From Ignicoccus islandicus DSM 13165 (GTDB taxonomy: Archaea; Thermoproteota; Thermoprotei_A; Sulfolobales; Ignicoccaceae), in assembly GCF_001481685.1 (NCBI RefSeq), contig NZ_CP006867.1:1200001-1232000 (forward strand): a DNA stretch of 32,000 nucleotides, written 5' to 3'. Shown here piece by piece: positions 17,327-25,867 of the stretch. The position numbers and the translations under genes are program-made. The notes below the pieces were generated by a model. That model was not told where the DNA came from and made no database searches. It saw nothing but the letters and a program-made list of their open reading frames with translations. Within the stretch, counting starts at the first letter, position 1. Every line of letters begins with the position of its first letter.

Positions 17327-17768
17327 AACAGAAGTGAGACCGACGGAGGACGAGAGGAAGGTCTTGAAGGCTTTAAAGAGGCTCTTCAACGCGGAATTTC
17401 AATTAATTGAGAGAGGCGAGGGATGGAAAAGTTTCGTAGCTGAATGTAGTGACAAGAGTTGTTTAGAGCCACTGAGAGCGGCGATAATCGGGAAAGCTTT
17501 GTCATCCACCTTTAAGTCCATGCTCAGATCTCTAATAAGGGGTTCCGACTTCCTCATCTTTAAACTTAACAAACAAGCTGCCTTCGCCGGCGTTCCGAGT
17601 TTCGCGGAAGAGGACGTCGACTCTCCCATGGGACCTATTACGGTTGAGGTAACTGGTTCTAAGGAGGAATTAATTGAGCTGATCAATTGGCTGGTGGGTG
17701 AGGAAAGTGGTAGTGATATACAGCGTGATACTAATAGAAGGACGGAAGGTGAGCCACTGCGATCTTAA
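17310..17768 (+). CDS. RNA-binding / exosome-associated-like protein (COG1325-type)
   Basis: RIETEVRPTEDERKVLKALKRLF...FLIFKLNKQAAFAGVPSF...PITVEV resembles the archaeal COG1325 family. Confidence 0.7.
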   Translation: MLIRIETEVRPTEDERKVLKALKRLFNAEFQLIERGEGWKSFVAECSDKSCLEPLRAAIIGKALSSTFKSMLRSLIRGSDFLIFKLNKQAAFAGVPSFAEEDVDSPMGPITVEVTGSKEELIELINWLVGEESGSDIQRDTNRRTEGEPLRS

Positions 17769-18126
17769 GTTAGAGGATGGAAAGATTGTTCTAGAGCTTC
17801 TCGGGAGCAGGATGGATGGTAAGGGTAGGAAGGGATTATCTAAGTCTATGGATCTACTCTTATATAAGATAGAAAAAGAAAAGAGAAAGAAGTATGGCTT
17901 AAAAGAGAAGTTACTGGAACTGGACTTGAACGATGTGAAGTGCTGGAGGGTAGAGGAACATACGGGTAAAGGATTATCGAGGGAATATCCAAATACTTTC
18001 CTCTTCTTGATAAGGGACAAGAGGGGGAATCAGTACAGGATCTTAGTATCTAACAAAGTCTTTAAGCTATTCATGGATACAGTAGTTAAACAGCTTAGAA
18101 GAATGGAAATAGGTAAGTGTTCTTAA
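17698..18126 (+). CDS. Hypothetical protein (orphan)
   Basis: 142-aa ORF; several in-frame GTG codons near the 5' end, so the start is uncertain; overlaps its neighbours on both sides. Confidence 0.6.
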   Translation: MRKVVVIYSVILIEGRKVSHCDLKLEDGKIVLELLGSRMDGKGRKGLSKSMDLLLYKIEKEKRKKYGLKEKLLELDLNDVKCWRVEEHTGKGLSREYPNTFLFLIRDKRGNQYRILVSNKVFKLFMDTVVKQLRRMEIGKCS

Positions 18127-18547
18127 TGCATTTATTTAGTACTTCCTTATATTTCCTCCTTACGTGAAGTTCCAAACTGATCGTAACTGCGTCCTTCCAA
18201 TCGAGTACCTTGACCTCGGGAAGTAAGGCAAGGGAACTTAATGTAACCACCTCAGCTACCCCCTTCAAGTCTCCCTTTAGACCTCTTGCGTTAATCCTTA
18301 TTGCTTCAAACAACACATCGGCTTTCTCCTCTGCTATTGATTCCTCTCTTTCCACTATTTTCTCTAAATCGTCCCTTAGGGCGTCGAACCAGTACTTCCC
18401 GTACTCCATAGCATAAGCCTCAATAACTTCCAATACCTCATCTAGCTCCTTACACGCGTATCTCCTAGCCAATCGAGGGGGTAGCTCAAGTAGGGGATAG
18501 TGTTTAACCTTGGCTAAAGTATGTATGGAGAGTTCCCGGAGGTACAT
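18095..18547 (-). CDS. Hypothetical protein, predicted mostly helical
   Basis: 150-aa ORF on the minus strand, last in the co-directional run beginning at 23500. Confidence 0.65.
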   Translation of the reverse strand: MYLRELSIHTLAKVKHYPLLELPPRLARRYACKELDEVLEVIEAYAMEYGKYWFDALRDDLEKIVEREESIAEEKADVLFEAIRINARGLKGDLKGVAEVVTLSSLALLPEVKVLDWKDAVTISLELHVRRKYKEVLNKCIKNTYLFPFF

Positions 18548-18576
18548 GGTCTCAGTGAATTCACTCCATCTGTAGC

Positions 18577-19341
18577 TTATGTTCCTTTCGGTAATATATT
18601 AATTTTAGTTTGTAACGCGATTCTGTCCTTATAGGAAGGGAATTCTCTAGCTCTCGAAATTTCGTCTTTGGATAACTCAATGGTTAGAATACCTATCCCT
18701 TCTCCAAGCTCTATAGCTTCCCCACTAGGAGTGGCTACGACGCTGTGACCACCGAACGGTCCGTATTTACCCTCTCCCCATCTATTAATTCCTATGGAAT
18801 AAGCTAAGTTCTCGTAACCTCTAGCTTTTACTAAGGCCTTCCATACTTTCACACGACTTCTCGGCCACGCTGCTGGGACCAGAATTACTTCCACTCCTTG
18901 CCGGAAGGGTTCGTATAGCAATTCCGGAAACCTTACCTCGTAACATATTATCACAGAGAACTTGAAGTCCCAAAGCTCGAAAACTGACGGTGGATTGCCA
19001 ACGGAGAAAAGGTCTCGCTCGTTCATCAAATCGAACAACATCAACTTCTTTCTAACGTGAACTACTTCTTTATCTTTGAATATAATATAGGCATTGTATA
19101 GTTTCCCGTTTTCCTCTAACAGTCCTCCAACGCCTATCGCTTTCCCCTTACTTAATTCCCTTATTTCAGACCAAATGCCGTTTATAGTGAAGTTGCCCTC
19201 ACCTATTTCGAAACCCGTTAGGAACATTTCCGGAGTTAAGTAGAAGTCTGCCTTTACGTTTCTCAGCATCATTTTAAGTAGTTCTATATTGGATTCCGTA
19301 TCACTATCTCTAGAAGGGAGTTGAAGAAGGGCTAACTTCAA
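18577..19341 (-). CDS. Carbon-nitrogen hydrolase (nitrilase superfamily)
   Basis: Glu-Lys-Cys triad context: DFYLTPEMFLTGFEIG, VHVRKKLMLFD, FSVIICYEVRFPELLYEPFRQGVEVILVPAAWP. The TTG at 19341 gives the typical MKLALLQLPSRD N-terminus; the track start at 19386 is an upstream GTG. Confidence 0.9.
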   Translation of the reverse strand: MKLALLQLPSRDSDTESNIELLKMMLRNVKADFYLTPEMFLTGFEIGEGNFTINGIWSEIRELSKGKAIGVGGLLEENGKLYNAYIIFKDKEVVHVRKKLMLFDLMNERDLFSVGNPPSVFELWDFKFSVIICYEVRFPELLYEPFRQGVEVILVPAAWPRSRVKVWKALVKARGYENLAYSIGINRWGEGKYGPFGGHSVVATPSGEAIELGEGIGILTIELSKDEISRAREFPSYKDRIALQTKINILPKGT

Positions 19342-19346
19342 CCCGT

Positions 19347-19523
19347 CTACTTCCCGCAAGCTCCTCTCAAGGGACAAGTATCGCACCCCTCTTCTTCCTT
19401 GCTTTGGAAGTAAGGACAGTTAAGGTAGTCATCGTAGCATGGATATATTCTAGCATCTACTTTAGATTGGATTGCCATGCAAAGAACCGTTGAATCCTTC
19501 AGAGGTACCGCATATGGACACAT
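19347..19523 (-). CDS. 58-aa Cys-rich mini-protein (not in the supplied ORF track)
   Basis: My translation of the minus strand: MCPYAVPLKDSTVLCMAIQSKVDARIYPCYDDYLNCPYFQSKEEEGCDTCPLRGACGK*. Seven Cys in 58 residues; ATG start; stop codon 5 nt upstream of the preferred nitrilase TTG start. Confidence 0.7.
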   Translation of the reverse strand: MCPYAVPLKDSTVLCMAIQSKVDARIYPCYDDYLNCPYFQSKEEEGCDTCPLRGACGK

Positions 19524-19666
19524 AATCGAACACCCTTCGATTAGCTTAACGGACGAATAATTCTGTAGCAGTTAACTTTTCTTACCTTCTGGGGATCGGT
19601 GCCGGCGTAGTAGCTCATTCGGAATCGCTTGGGTCGGGCCTTTACCTCATCTCCGAGAAATTTGAT

Positions 19667-20377
19667 CTAGAGTCTTAGAACTCCCAAGAGGAGCAACAAG
19701 TCGCTAATCATTCTTAATCCATACCATACGTTTAGTAATTGGGTTCCCTTCCAAGCGGCGTAAAGCGGGAGTATTACGGCGTATATCAAGAAGCTAAGAG
19801 CTATTAAGAGCGTGCCTTGCGTCCCACCCATTTTATATAGAGTTAAGCCCACTATAGCGATTATCAAGCTACCGGGGATCAAGTAGACCCACTGCGCTAG
19901 CGAGAAGAAGGGGTGTTTTACGTTACTGACGCCCCAGACGCAGTAGAGCCTAAGCGCTAAGAAGGCTATTAAGCCCGCTACGGCGTACAACCTCACCCAC
20001 TTGGCTCGGGAACTTTGGCCGGTAACCTGGAGAAGTTCGGAAATACCTAGCAAGGCCAGTCCCATGAACGCGCCTACCAAGAAGTTCCTCAAGCTCTCGA
20101 ACGCCTTGTAGTTGGGATCATTAACGAACTTGGTTACATCGTAATTGTATTGGGACTTTATTGTTGATAATAGAGTCCCACCTATGGTGTGAGCTACTGC
20201 GTAAAGGAGAACGGAAGTTCCAAAGAAGAGGGCCACCTTACTACCTTCCCTCTTGTAGGCGTAAAGTAGAATAAAACCCACAATATATTCGAGAATTGAG
20301 CTTAGTATAGCTGTTAACAGCACTTTACCTTCTCCTGAGTTTGGTATACAAATTAATCCCTTATATTGATGACTCAT
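19667..20377 (-). CDS. DUF63-family membrane protein
   Basis: Multi-TM protein: MSHQYKGLICIPNSGEGKVLLTAILSSILEYIVGFILLYAYKREG...AHTIGGTLLSTI. The ATG at 20377 overlaps the carS stop (TGATG), so it is preferred over the track start at 20488. Confidence 0.75.
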   Translation of the reverse strand: MSHQYKGLICIPNSGEGKVLLTAILSSILEYIVGFILLYAYKREGSKVALFFGTSVLLYAVAHTIGGTLLSTIKSQYNYDVTKFVNDPNYKAFESLRNFLVGAFMGLALLGISELLQVTGQSSRAKWVRLYAVAGLIAFLALRLYCVWGVSNVKHPFFSLAQWVYLIPGSLIIAIVGLTLYKMGGTQGTLLIALSFLIYAVILPLYAAWKGTQLLNVWYGLRMISDLLLLLGVLRL

Positions 20378-20883
20378 TACCAAGGCACGTCTTTCAGTCC
20401 CAACCAATACGCGATCCTGTTCGTCATAACATGCAACATAACTATTACAAAGGCCATTACCAACCATGGGAACGCTTGGGGTCTCCAACCGCTAGCAACC
20501 ATTAACGCTGTGGCGCCCAAGAAGAAGTCCAACTGGTCTCCCAAGGGGAAGGGGGCACCTCGGGGCAACCCTATCCTTCTCTTTATAAATGAGAAGAACA
20601 TGTCTCCCAAAAGGGCTCCTAGCGAACCCATAGATCCGTAGAGGAAGTATCTGAAGTCTTCCGTTCCCACCCATAAGCTAGTTGCAACTGTAATTCCGAA
20701 CCACATTCCTAGTAGGAAACCTTCCCACGTCTTTCCATCCCCAAGTATTCTCTTACCATCAACGAAGTTCCTTCCGAAGTCAATAGGTGTACCCCTTTTG
20801 AGGAAAACTGGTGAGGCGTTACTGACCATTGCTGGTAAGTACATCAGCGCTATTTGCAGCAGCTCGTCTAGCAGTTCACCCAA
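20377..20883 (-). CDS. carS: CDP-archaeol synthase
   Basis: IDFGRNFVDGKRILGDGKTWEGFLLG...GDMFFSFIKRRIGLPRGAPFPLGDQLDFFLGATAL motif set of CarS. Confidence 0.95.
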   Translation of the reverse strand: MGELLDELLQIALMYLPAMVSNASPVFLKRGTPIDFGRNFVDGKRILGDGKTWEGFLLGMWFGITVATSLWVGTEDFRYFLYGSMGSLGALLGDMFFSFIKRRIGLPRGAPFPLGDQLDFFLGATALMVASGWRPQAFPWLVMAFVIVMLHVMTNRIAYWLGLKDVPW

Positions 20884-21431
20884 CTAACCCCACCCGAGCT
20901 TATCTCGAAGCAGACCAGTTCAATGTTTCCGTTGCATTGTAATTCTAAAAGTCTGTACCCTCCTTCCTTCTCTATTTTACCAATACAGTCAGCCCAAGGT
21001 TCAACGAAGTTCCCGTAACTCATTTCTCCTTCGAAACTAACTTGGTGGACCGACACCCTTAAGCCCTTGTTCGACCCTTTCCTCATCAGCCACGAAACAG
21101 TCATCGCCACTTTAACTCCAAGCTCTGGAGGCAACGTCCTTAATACGTGACTTACGCTATCGATCGCTATGAAATCGTACTTATCGAAGTTCTTAATTAG
21201 GTAAAATAGGAGTTCCTTGAAGTCATCAGCCTTCAATACTTCGCTTTCATCACACTTCAATCTCTCTAAATTAGCAGGGTCTTCCGTTAGAATGTATAAG
21301 GATGATCCGCAGTAAACGTTGTTTATCATGTGAAGAACTAAACTCGTTTTACCAACTCCCGCAGGCCCGTAAAGGGCTACGTGACCTTTACTGGGAAAAG
21401 GCGTACCCTTTGAGCTTTCTCTCGAGCTCAT
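20868..21431 (-). CDS. RadB-like / RecA-superfamily ATPase
   Basis: GHVALYGPAGVGKTSLVLHM Walker A, YDFIAIDSVSHVLR Walker B region; about 187 aa, like the short archaeal RadB/KaiC-like proteins. Confidence 0.75.
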   Translation of the reverse strand: MSSRESSKGTPFPSKGHVALYGPAGVGKTSLVLHMINNVYCGSSLYILTEDPANLERLKCDESEVLKADDFKELLFYLIKNFDKYDFIAIDSVSHVLRTLPPELGVKVAMTVSWLMRKGSNKGLRVSVHQVSFEGEMSYGNFVEPWADCIGKIEKEGGYRLLELQCNGNIELVCFEISSGGVSWVNC

Positions 21432-22794
21432 CGCTGGAGAGCACCTTTACTAATTCGTCCTTCAGTCTTTCCACTAGCTCTTTCAAGTTAAGAGGTAAGT
21501 GTTCAGAATACTTTTCCAACTCCTTTTCGTCAACTATCCTAACGAGGAAGTCTCTCACTAAATCTACTTCTAAATCCACGTACCTGGCCTTACATCCCAA
21601 CACTTCCACCCCGCTGTTTAAGTTAAGGTACATTCCCTTCAATTCCCAGTTAGGACTAAAGTAGGCGTGAATAACGTAGTTCGAGCCTGGCTCTAATATA
21701 GTTATTACTCTATCGCCTTTTTCCTTTCTAACGTTAAGTCCATCGTACTTACCTTCGGTCCTAATTTCTCTATATAGAACTAATTTATCGTTATCAATCA
21801 TCATGATTTTAAATGGTCCTAACCTAATGACGTCCCCATTCAGCTTCTCATGTTCTATTACAAAGCTTCTGCATTCGGCTGCCTTTTCCAAGACGAATTC
21901 CTTTACTTTTACGGTATCCTCGTTCCAGTCCCTTGAAAGCTTGTCACCAAGGTCTACGGCCGTAGTTAGGCTCTTCTCTGCTTTGAGTGAGTGATGAAAC
22001 GGCATTGTAGGAAGAACCTTCCTCCTTATCTCGTCCAGCTTGAACTTATCCTCAAGAATTAAGTTATAAAGCCCCAAGAACTCGCCCTTGTATATGAGTT
22101 CACCTACCTTTGCGTCTTTGGCTCTCTCTAGAACTTCCTCTAGTTTAGATCTCAGCTCCTCTAATTCCAATCTCAGGTCAGTAAGGGAGGCCTTTCTCGC
22201 GGAGGATCTCCAGTGAACCCTAAAGCCGAGTTGAACCAGATCCCTAGCGACCATCATTAAATCTGGCTTTAACGAGTCAGGAATATGCTTAGAGAAGCTG
22301 ACTCCAGGCCTTTTGCCCCACATCAGTTCTGAATAAAACCCTTGAACCCTTACTCCTTCTTCCATTAAGACTTCGTCTTTTGGTAGGACCTTACTCTTAA
22401 CTACTTCCGCGAGTAGAACGCGTCCGCTGTAACAGTTCTCCGTTCTTACCCTTGCGTTGATGCCTTCTACTTCCGTCAAACAGTTCTCATCCACTGCGAC
22501 CTTGTAAGCAGCATGTAAGTTAGGTCTTGCTATATATCTAGGAGACGTAGTTATGATTTCCTCCAAGGCCTCGAAGACGTCTTTGGACTCTTCGTAGAAT
22601 CCGTTAACTATTAGGTGATGGGGAGAAGCGTCGGACGTCTTAACTGTTACGTGAGGGGGCTCGGGAGAGCCTTCGTAGCCTCCGAGCCTTTCCTTTAATT
22701 TATCACTAACGTCAGAAAGCTCGAATCCTTTATCTAAAAGAATTTTCGCTATGGAGGTGGCGTAAATGCCTCTTACCCTGACTCTAATGCTCAT
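21388..22794 (-). CDS. Ribonuclease E/G-like RNA-binding protein FAU-1
   Basis: C-terminal DUF402-like motif KLVLYREIRTEGKYDGLNVRKEKGDRVITILEPGSNYVIHAYFSPNWELKGMYLNLNSGVEVLGCKARYVDLEVDLV; length and N-terminal domain fit archaeal FAU-1. Confidence 0.85.
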   Translation of the reverse strand: MSIRVRVRGIYATSIAKILLDKGFELSDVSDKLKERLGGYEGSPEPPHVTVKTSDASPHHLIVNGFYEESKDVFEALEEIITTSPRYIARPNLHAAYKVAVDENCLTEVEGINARVRTENCYSGRVLLAEVVKSKVLPKDEVLMEEGVRVQGFYSELMWGKRPGVSFSKHIPDSLKPDLMMVARDLVQLGFRVHWRSSARKASLTDLRLELEELRSKLEEVLERAKDAKVGELIYKGEFLGLYNLILEDKFKLDEIRRKVLPTMPFHHSLKAEKSLTTAVDLGDKLSRDWNEDTVKVKEFVLEKAAECRSFVIEHEKLNGDVIRLGPFKIMMIDNDKLVLYREIRTEGKYDGLNVRKEKGDRVITILEPGSNYVIHAYFSPNWELKGMYLNLNSGVEVLGCKARYVDLEVDLVRDFLVRIVDEKELEKYSEHLPLNLKELVERLKDELVKVLSSDELERKLKGYAFSQ

Positions 22795-22795
22795 T

Positions 22796-23065
22796 CTAAT
22801 CCTTAACCGTCTCCAAGAGGGTCATTATATTCCATATGGTTATTCTGGTGTGAATTGGCATATTCGGGTCTTGCGCTATCTCGTCTAGTGCGCTTATTGC
22901 ATTGGCTGCCCTGACTCCGGGGCTCAATCTCTCGTCTTCTAGGTGCCTTACTGCTTCGATACACACCCTCCTTATGTTTCTTGGAACGGAGGGGTCGTTT
23001 ATTATTCTCATCAGCATAGTTAAGGCTTGTCTAATTTTCGCTTCGTTGTCGTACGTACTGGCCAC
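22796..23065 (-). CDS. UPF0147 family protein
   Basis: [75 protein letters not shown]. The strong GGAGGTGA motif 6 nt before a GTG at 23065 supports this start rather than 23104. Confidence 0.9.
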   Translation of the reverse strand: MASTYDNEAKIRQALTMLMRIINDPSVPRNIRRVCIEAVRHLEDERLSPGVRAANAISALDEIAQDPNMPIHTRITIWNIMTLLETVKD

Positions 23066-23104
23066 GCAGATCTCACCTCCTCTATAGGGGCTTAGTAGAG
23101 GCAT

Positions 23105-23500
23105 TTAAGATCCGTTATTTCCGACTTTAACCTCTTGAAGAAGAATTTCTATTGCCCTTAAGTTCTCCAAGAGATCGTCTATTATTTTATCGTCGTTCGT
23201 GAGCTTCTCGAGTATTTGTCTCCCTACATCGGTAATTTTGTAGACGCCGTTGTCGTCTACAGTCATTAAGCCTTCATCTACCATTTTCTTTAAGGTTGGA
23301 TAGATAGTGCTCTTTGGGGGCACCCACCTACCATTGCTCTTGTTCTTTATTTCCCTTAGAATATCGTATCCGTTCTTAGGCTTTTCGTTTACAGACTTTA
23401 TAATATATATTTTTAAGGGATTCATTTTGACCTTCCTTTCACCTACATCTACAGTTACTTCGAAGAGCTTTCTCACGACCGACACCCCTAACCGTTTCAA
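23105..23500 (-). CDS. PadR-family transcriptional regulator
   Basis: IIKSVNEKPKNGYDILREIKNKSNGRWVPPKSTIYPTLKKMVDEGLMTVDDNGVYKITDVGRQIL wHTH pattern. Confidence 0.9.
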   Translation of the reverse strand: MKRLGVSVVRKLFEVTVDVGERKVKMNPLKIYIIKSVNEKPKNGYDILREIKNKSNGRWVPPKSTIYPTLKKMVDEGLMTVDDNGVYKITDVGRQILEKLTNDDKIIDDLLENLRAIEILLQEVKVGNNGS

Positions 23501-23528
23501 CTGTGAACATACGTTATATTCGTAATTG

Positions 23529-24176
23529 TTATATCTTTATAAATCTCTCTAACTTCTGTGCGACCAATCCTCCCTTCTTGATATCTTCAACCAACCCTCT
23601 AAGGGAATCGTAATGTAGAGCGTTAACTTCTCTAGATAAATCCTTCCTCTTTCCTATAACTATTCCTAAATCCGATTTCCTTAGCATCCATGCATCGTTA
23701 TACCCATCACCAATTGAGATTATTACATCGAACCAAGGTTTTATTTTGTCCACTACTTCGCCCTTGTCTTTAAACGCTGTGTAAACGCCTACTACCTTTC
23801 CTTCGTGATAAAGGAATTTCTGGGAAACGAAGTCATCAACCCCTAGTTCGTTAGATATTGGCGATACGAACTCTTCGAAGCCTCCCGAAACAACTATGGT
23901 CGTAAAACCGAGTTTCTTTAAGACGGTAACCAGTTCCCGCGCTTCAGGCTTTATCTTGGATAGAGCTAAGGAAGACACTTCCTCTATTAGGCTCTTAGGA
24001 GTACCTATTATTGCCTTAACCCTTTCAATAAAGCTTTCGAACCAAGGTTGGCCGCTCAGTCCTCTTTCTAGTAGGTCTCTTAGAACCTCCCCCTTTTCGT
24101 GGCGTCTCGATAGCTCTTCCCAGAACTCGTAGTCCAATAAGGTTCCTTCGAGGTCTAGTAAAGCAGCCATCTTCAA
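23529..24176 (-). CDS. HAD-superfamily hydrolase (phosphoserine phosphatase-like)
   Basis: LLDLEGTLLDYEFW motif I, VVSGGFEEFVSPI motif II, ISIGDGYNDAWMLRKSDLGIVIG motif IV. Confidence 0.87.
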   Translation of the reverse strand: MKMAALLDLEGTLLDYEFWEELSRRHEKGEVLRDLLERGLSGQPWFESFIERVKAIIGTPKSLIEEVSSLALSKIKPEARELVTVLKKLGFTTIVVSGGFEEFVSPISNELGVDDFVSQKFLYHEGKVVGVYTAFKDKGEVVDKIKPWFDVIISIGDGYNDAWMLRKSDLGIVIGKRKDLSREVNALHYDSLRGLVEDIKKGGLVAQKLERFIKI

Positions 24177-24222
24177 TGATCGAACCCTTGAAAGGTGGGC
24201 ATGTAAAATAATAAAAAGGGAT

Positions 24223-24846
24223 TTACCTCGAGGATAGGGCTATTCTCTCTATCTCCTCTTTCTTACTGACTGCGTAGCTCTTCGGATCGTCGTTTGCTGC
24301 TGCAACTATTTCCTCGGCTAGCGCTTCTTCAAGTGGTATAGTACTCTTGAAAGACTTCAATCTGGCTCCTTCCGCAATGAATCGCAAAGCTAGATCAACC
24401 CTTCTTTGGGGACTGACGTCCACTGCTACGTGATAAACTATACCACCGTACATTATTCTAGTGGTCTCTTCCCTAGGCGCTGCGTTCTCTATTGCCCTCA
24501 CTAATACTTGGAGTGGATTTTGACCTGTTTGCAAGTATATTATATCGAAAGCTTTCTCTACCACATTGTATATCTTGGCCTTCTTACCCATGTTCCTCCC
24601 GGGTCTCATTAACTTATTTATTAACCTCTCAACTATCGGTACTTCAGCTTTTCCGAACCTCCTCTTCTCGTGTCTACCAGCCGTGTAGGGAGTCCAGACA
24701 GGCCTTAGGGATATGTACTTTTTCAGGCTAGGGTCCCTTATCTCGACTCCGTCGAAGTCCCACTTACCGAAGAGCTTTGGTTCCAACGGACTTATGGTCT
24801 CCCTTTCCAACTTGCCGCCTACCCCTACTCCACCACGTCGGTGCAA
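24223..24846 (-). CDS. rps7: Small ribosomal subunit protein uS7
   Basis: [89 protein letters not shown]. Confidence 0.97.
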   Translation of the reverse strand: MHRRGGVGVGGKLERETISPLEPKLFGKWDFDGVEIRDPSLKKYISLRPVWTPYTAGRHEKRRFGKAEVPIVERLINKLMRPGRNMGKKAKIYNVVEKAFDIIYLQTGQNPLQVLVRAIENAAPREETTRIMYGGIVYHVAVDVSPQRRVDLALRFIAEGARLKSFKSTIPLEEALAEEIVAAANDDPKSYAVSKKEEIERIALSSR

Positions 24847-24960
24847 TTAAATACTATGTCTTTAATTACAATTCACAAATTAGATCTTTTTAGAACTTAA
24901 AGTTGCGCATTAGAGTTCATAAGCGGAACCAAATCGGTAAGGCTACTGGGTTGAGAACCA

Positions 24961-25395
24961 TTGGGACGTGAAATCAAAGTCGTGAATGTTGAAGCCTTGA
25001 TAAAGCCGCTACCGCCGCAGATACCGACGCTAGTATTATACCTAGAGGACGGGAGGGAGTTCGTACTGTACAACGTCCCTTATGAAGTGGTTAAAAGCAT
25101 CAACAAACTACAAGGCGTTAGTATAAGAGAGAGACCTAGGGAAACTATCTTCGACTTGTTTACCTACTTCAAAGGCATTAGAGACGAGCTCGAGAAAATA
25201 GTTGAGAAAGTCGTAATAGATGAGGTAGATGAATACACTGGCCTCTATACCGCTAAGCTTTACATAAACTTGAAAGCGATGAAGATGATCATACCGATGG
25301 TACCTAGTCATGCCATATACATAGCACTCGTAGTGGAGAAACCGATTTACGTCGATGAAAGTTTAATAAAGAATAAAGAAGACTACGAGGTTTAA
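24961..25395 (+). CDS. Bifunctional nuclease (BFN/DUF151)-domain protein
   Basis: PTLVLYLEDGREFVLYNVPYEVVKSIN...ETIFDLFTYFKGIRDELEKIVEKVVIDEVDEYTGLYTAKLYI resembles the BFN family architecture. Confidence 0.65.
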   Translation: MGREIKVVNVEALIKPLPPQIPTLVLYLEDGREFVLYNVPYEVVKSINKLQGVSIRERPRETIFDLFTYFKGIRDELEKIVEKVVIDEVDEYTGLYTAKLYINLKAMKMIIPMVPSHAIYIALVVEKPIYVDESLIKNKEDYEV

Positions 25396-25408
25396 ATGTT
25401 TACTTGAT

Positions 25409-25852
25409 TTACCTCACTGGCTTCTGCTTCTTCCCTTTCAAGATAGCGTCGAGGGATACACCGTTTACTAAAACTACCTTGTATCTGACTCCTGGGATGT
25501 CACCCATCGATCTTCCTCTTGGACCGCCGATACCTACTATCACCACTTCGTCGTGTTCGGAAATTACGTTCAAACCACCGTCTCCTGGTACGAATGCAGT
25601 AACGACCTTACCGTTCTTTACTAATTGAACCCTAACGCACTTTCTTATTGCGGAGTTAGGCTTTCTCGCCTCTACGCCTACCTTTTCAAGGACTATTCCC
25701 TTGGCCATAGGAGCTCCTTCTAATGGGTCGTACTTCTCCTTTAGCTTCAACATTCTCCTCTTGAACTCCCTCTGACTCCATCTGAACTTCAATCTCTTCC
25801 TCTCTAGCTTCCTAGCCGCATACAGCCCGTTAGGAGCTTTCTTACCGGGCAC
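25409..25852 (-). CDS. rps12: Small ribosomal subunit protein uS12
   Basis: [74 protein letters not shown]. Confidence 0.98.
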   Translation of the reverse strand: MPGKKAPNGLYAARKLERKRLKFRWSQREFKRRMLKLKEKYDPLEGAPMAKGIVLEKVGVEARKPNSAIRKCVRVQLVKNGKVVTAFVPGDGGLNVISEHDEVVIVGIGGPRGRSMGDIPGVRYKVVLVNGVSLDAILKGKKQKPVR

Positions 25853-25867
25853 CGCACGTTCACCCCT

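Noticed and set aside
17399-18020. Minus-strand ORFs opposite the COG1325-like and orphan + genes
   Set aside because: Composition (Ser/Pro-rich) and lack of motifs suggest shadow ORFs, although strand-specific RNA data would be the decisive check for 17670..18020.
19561-19660. Possible tRNA or C/D box sRNA (gccggcgtagtagctcattcgg looks like a tRNA 5' end)
   Set aside because: No T-loop GGTTCRAATCC match at the right spacing, no complementary acceptor end and no clear RUGAUGA/CUGA box pair on either strand; kept only as a generic structured-spacer suggestion.
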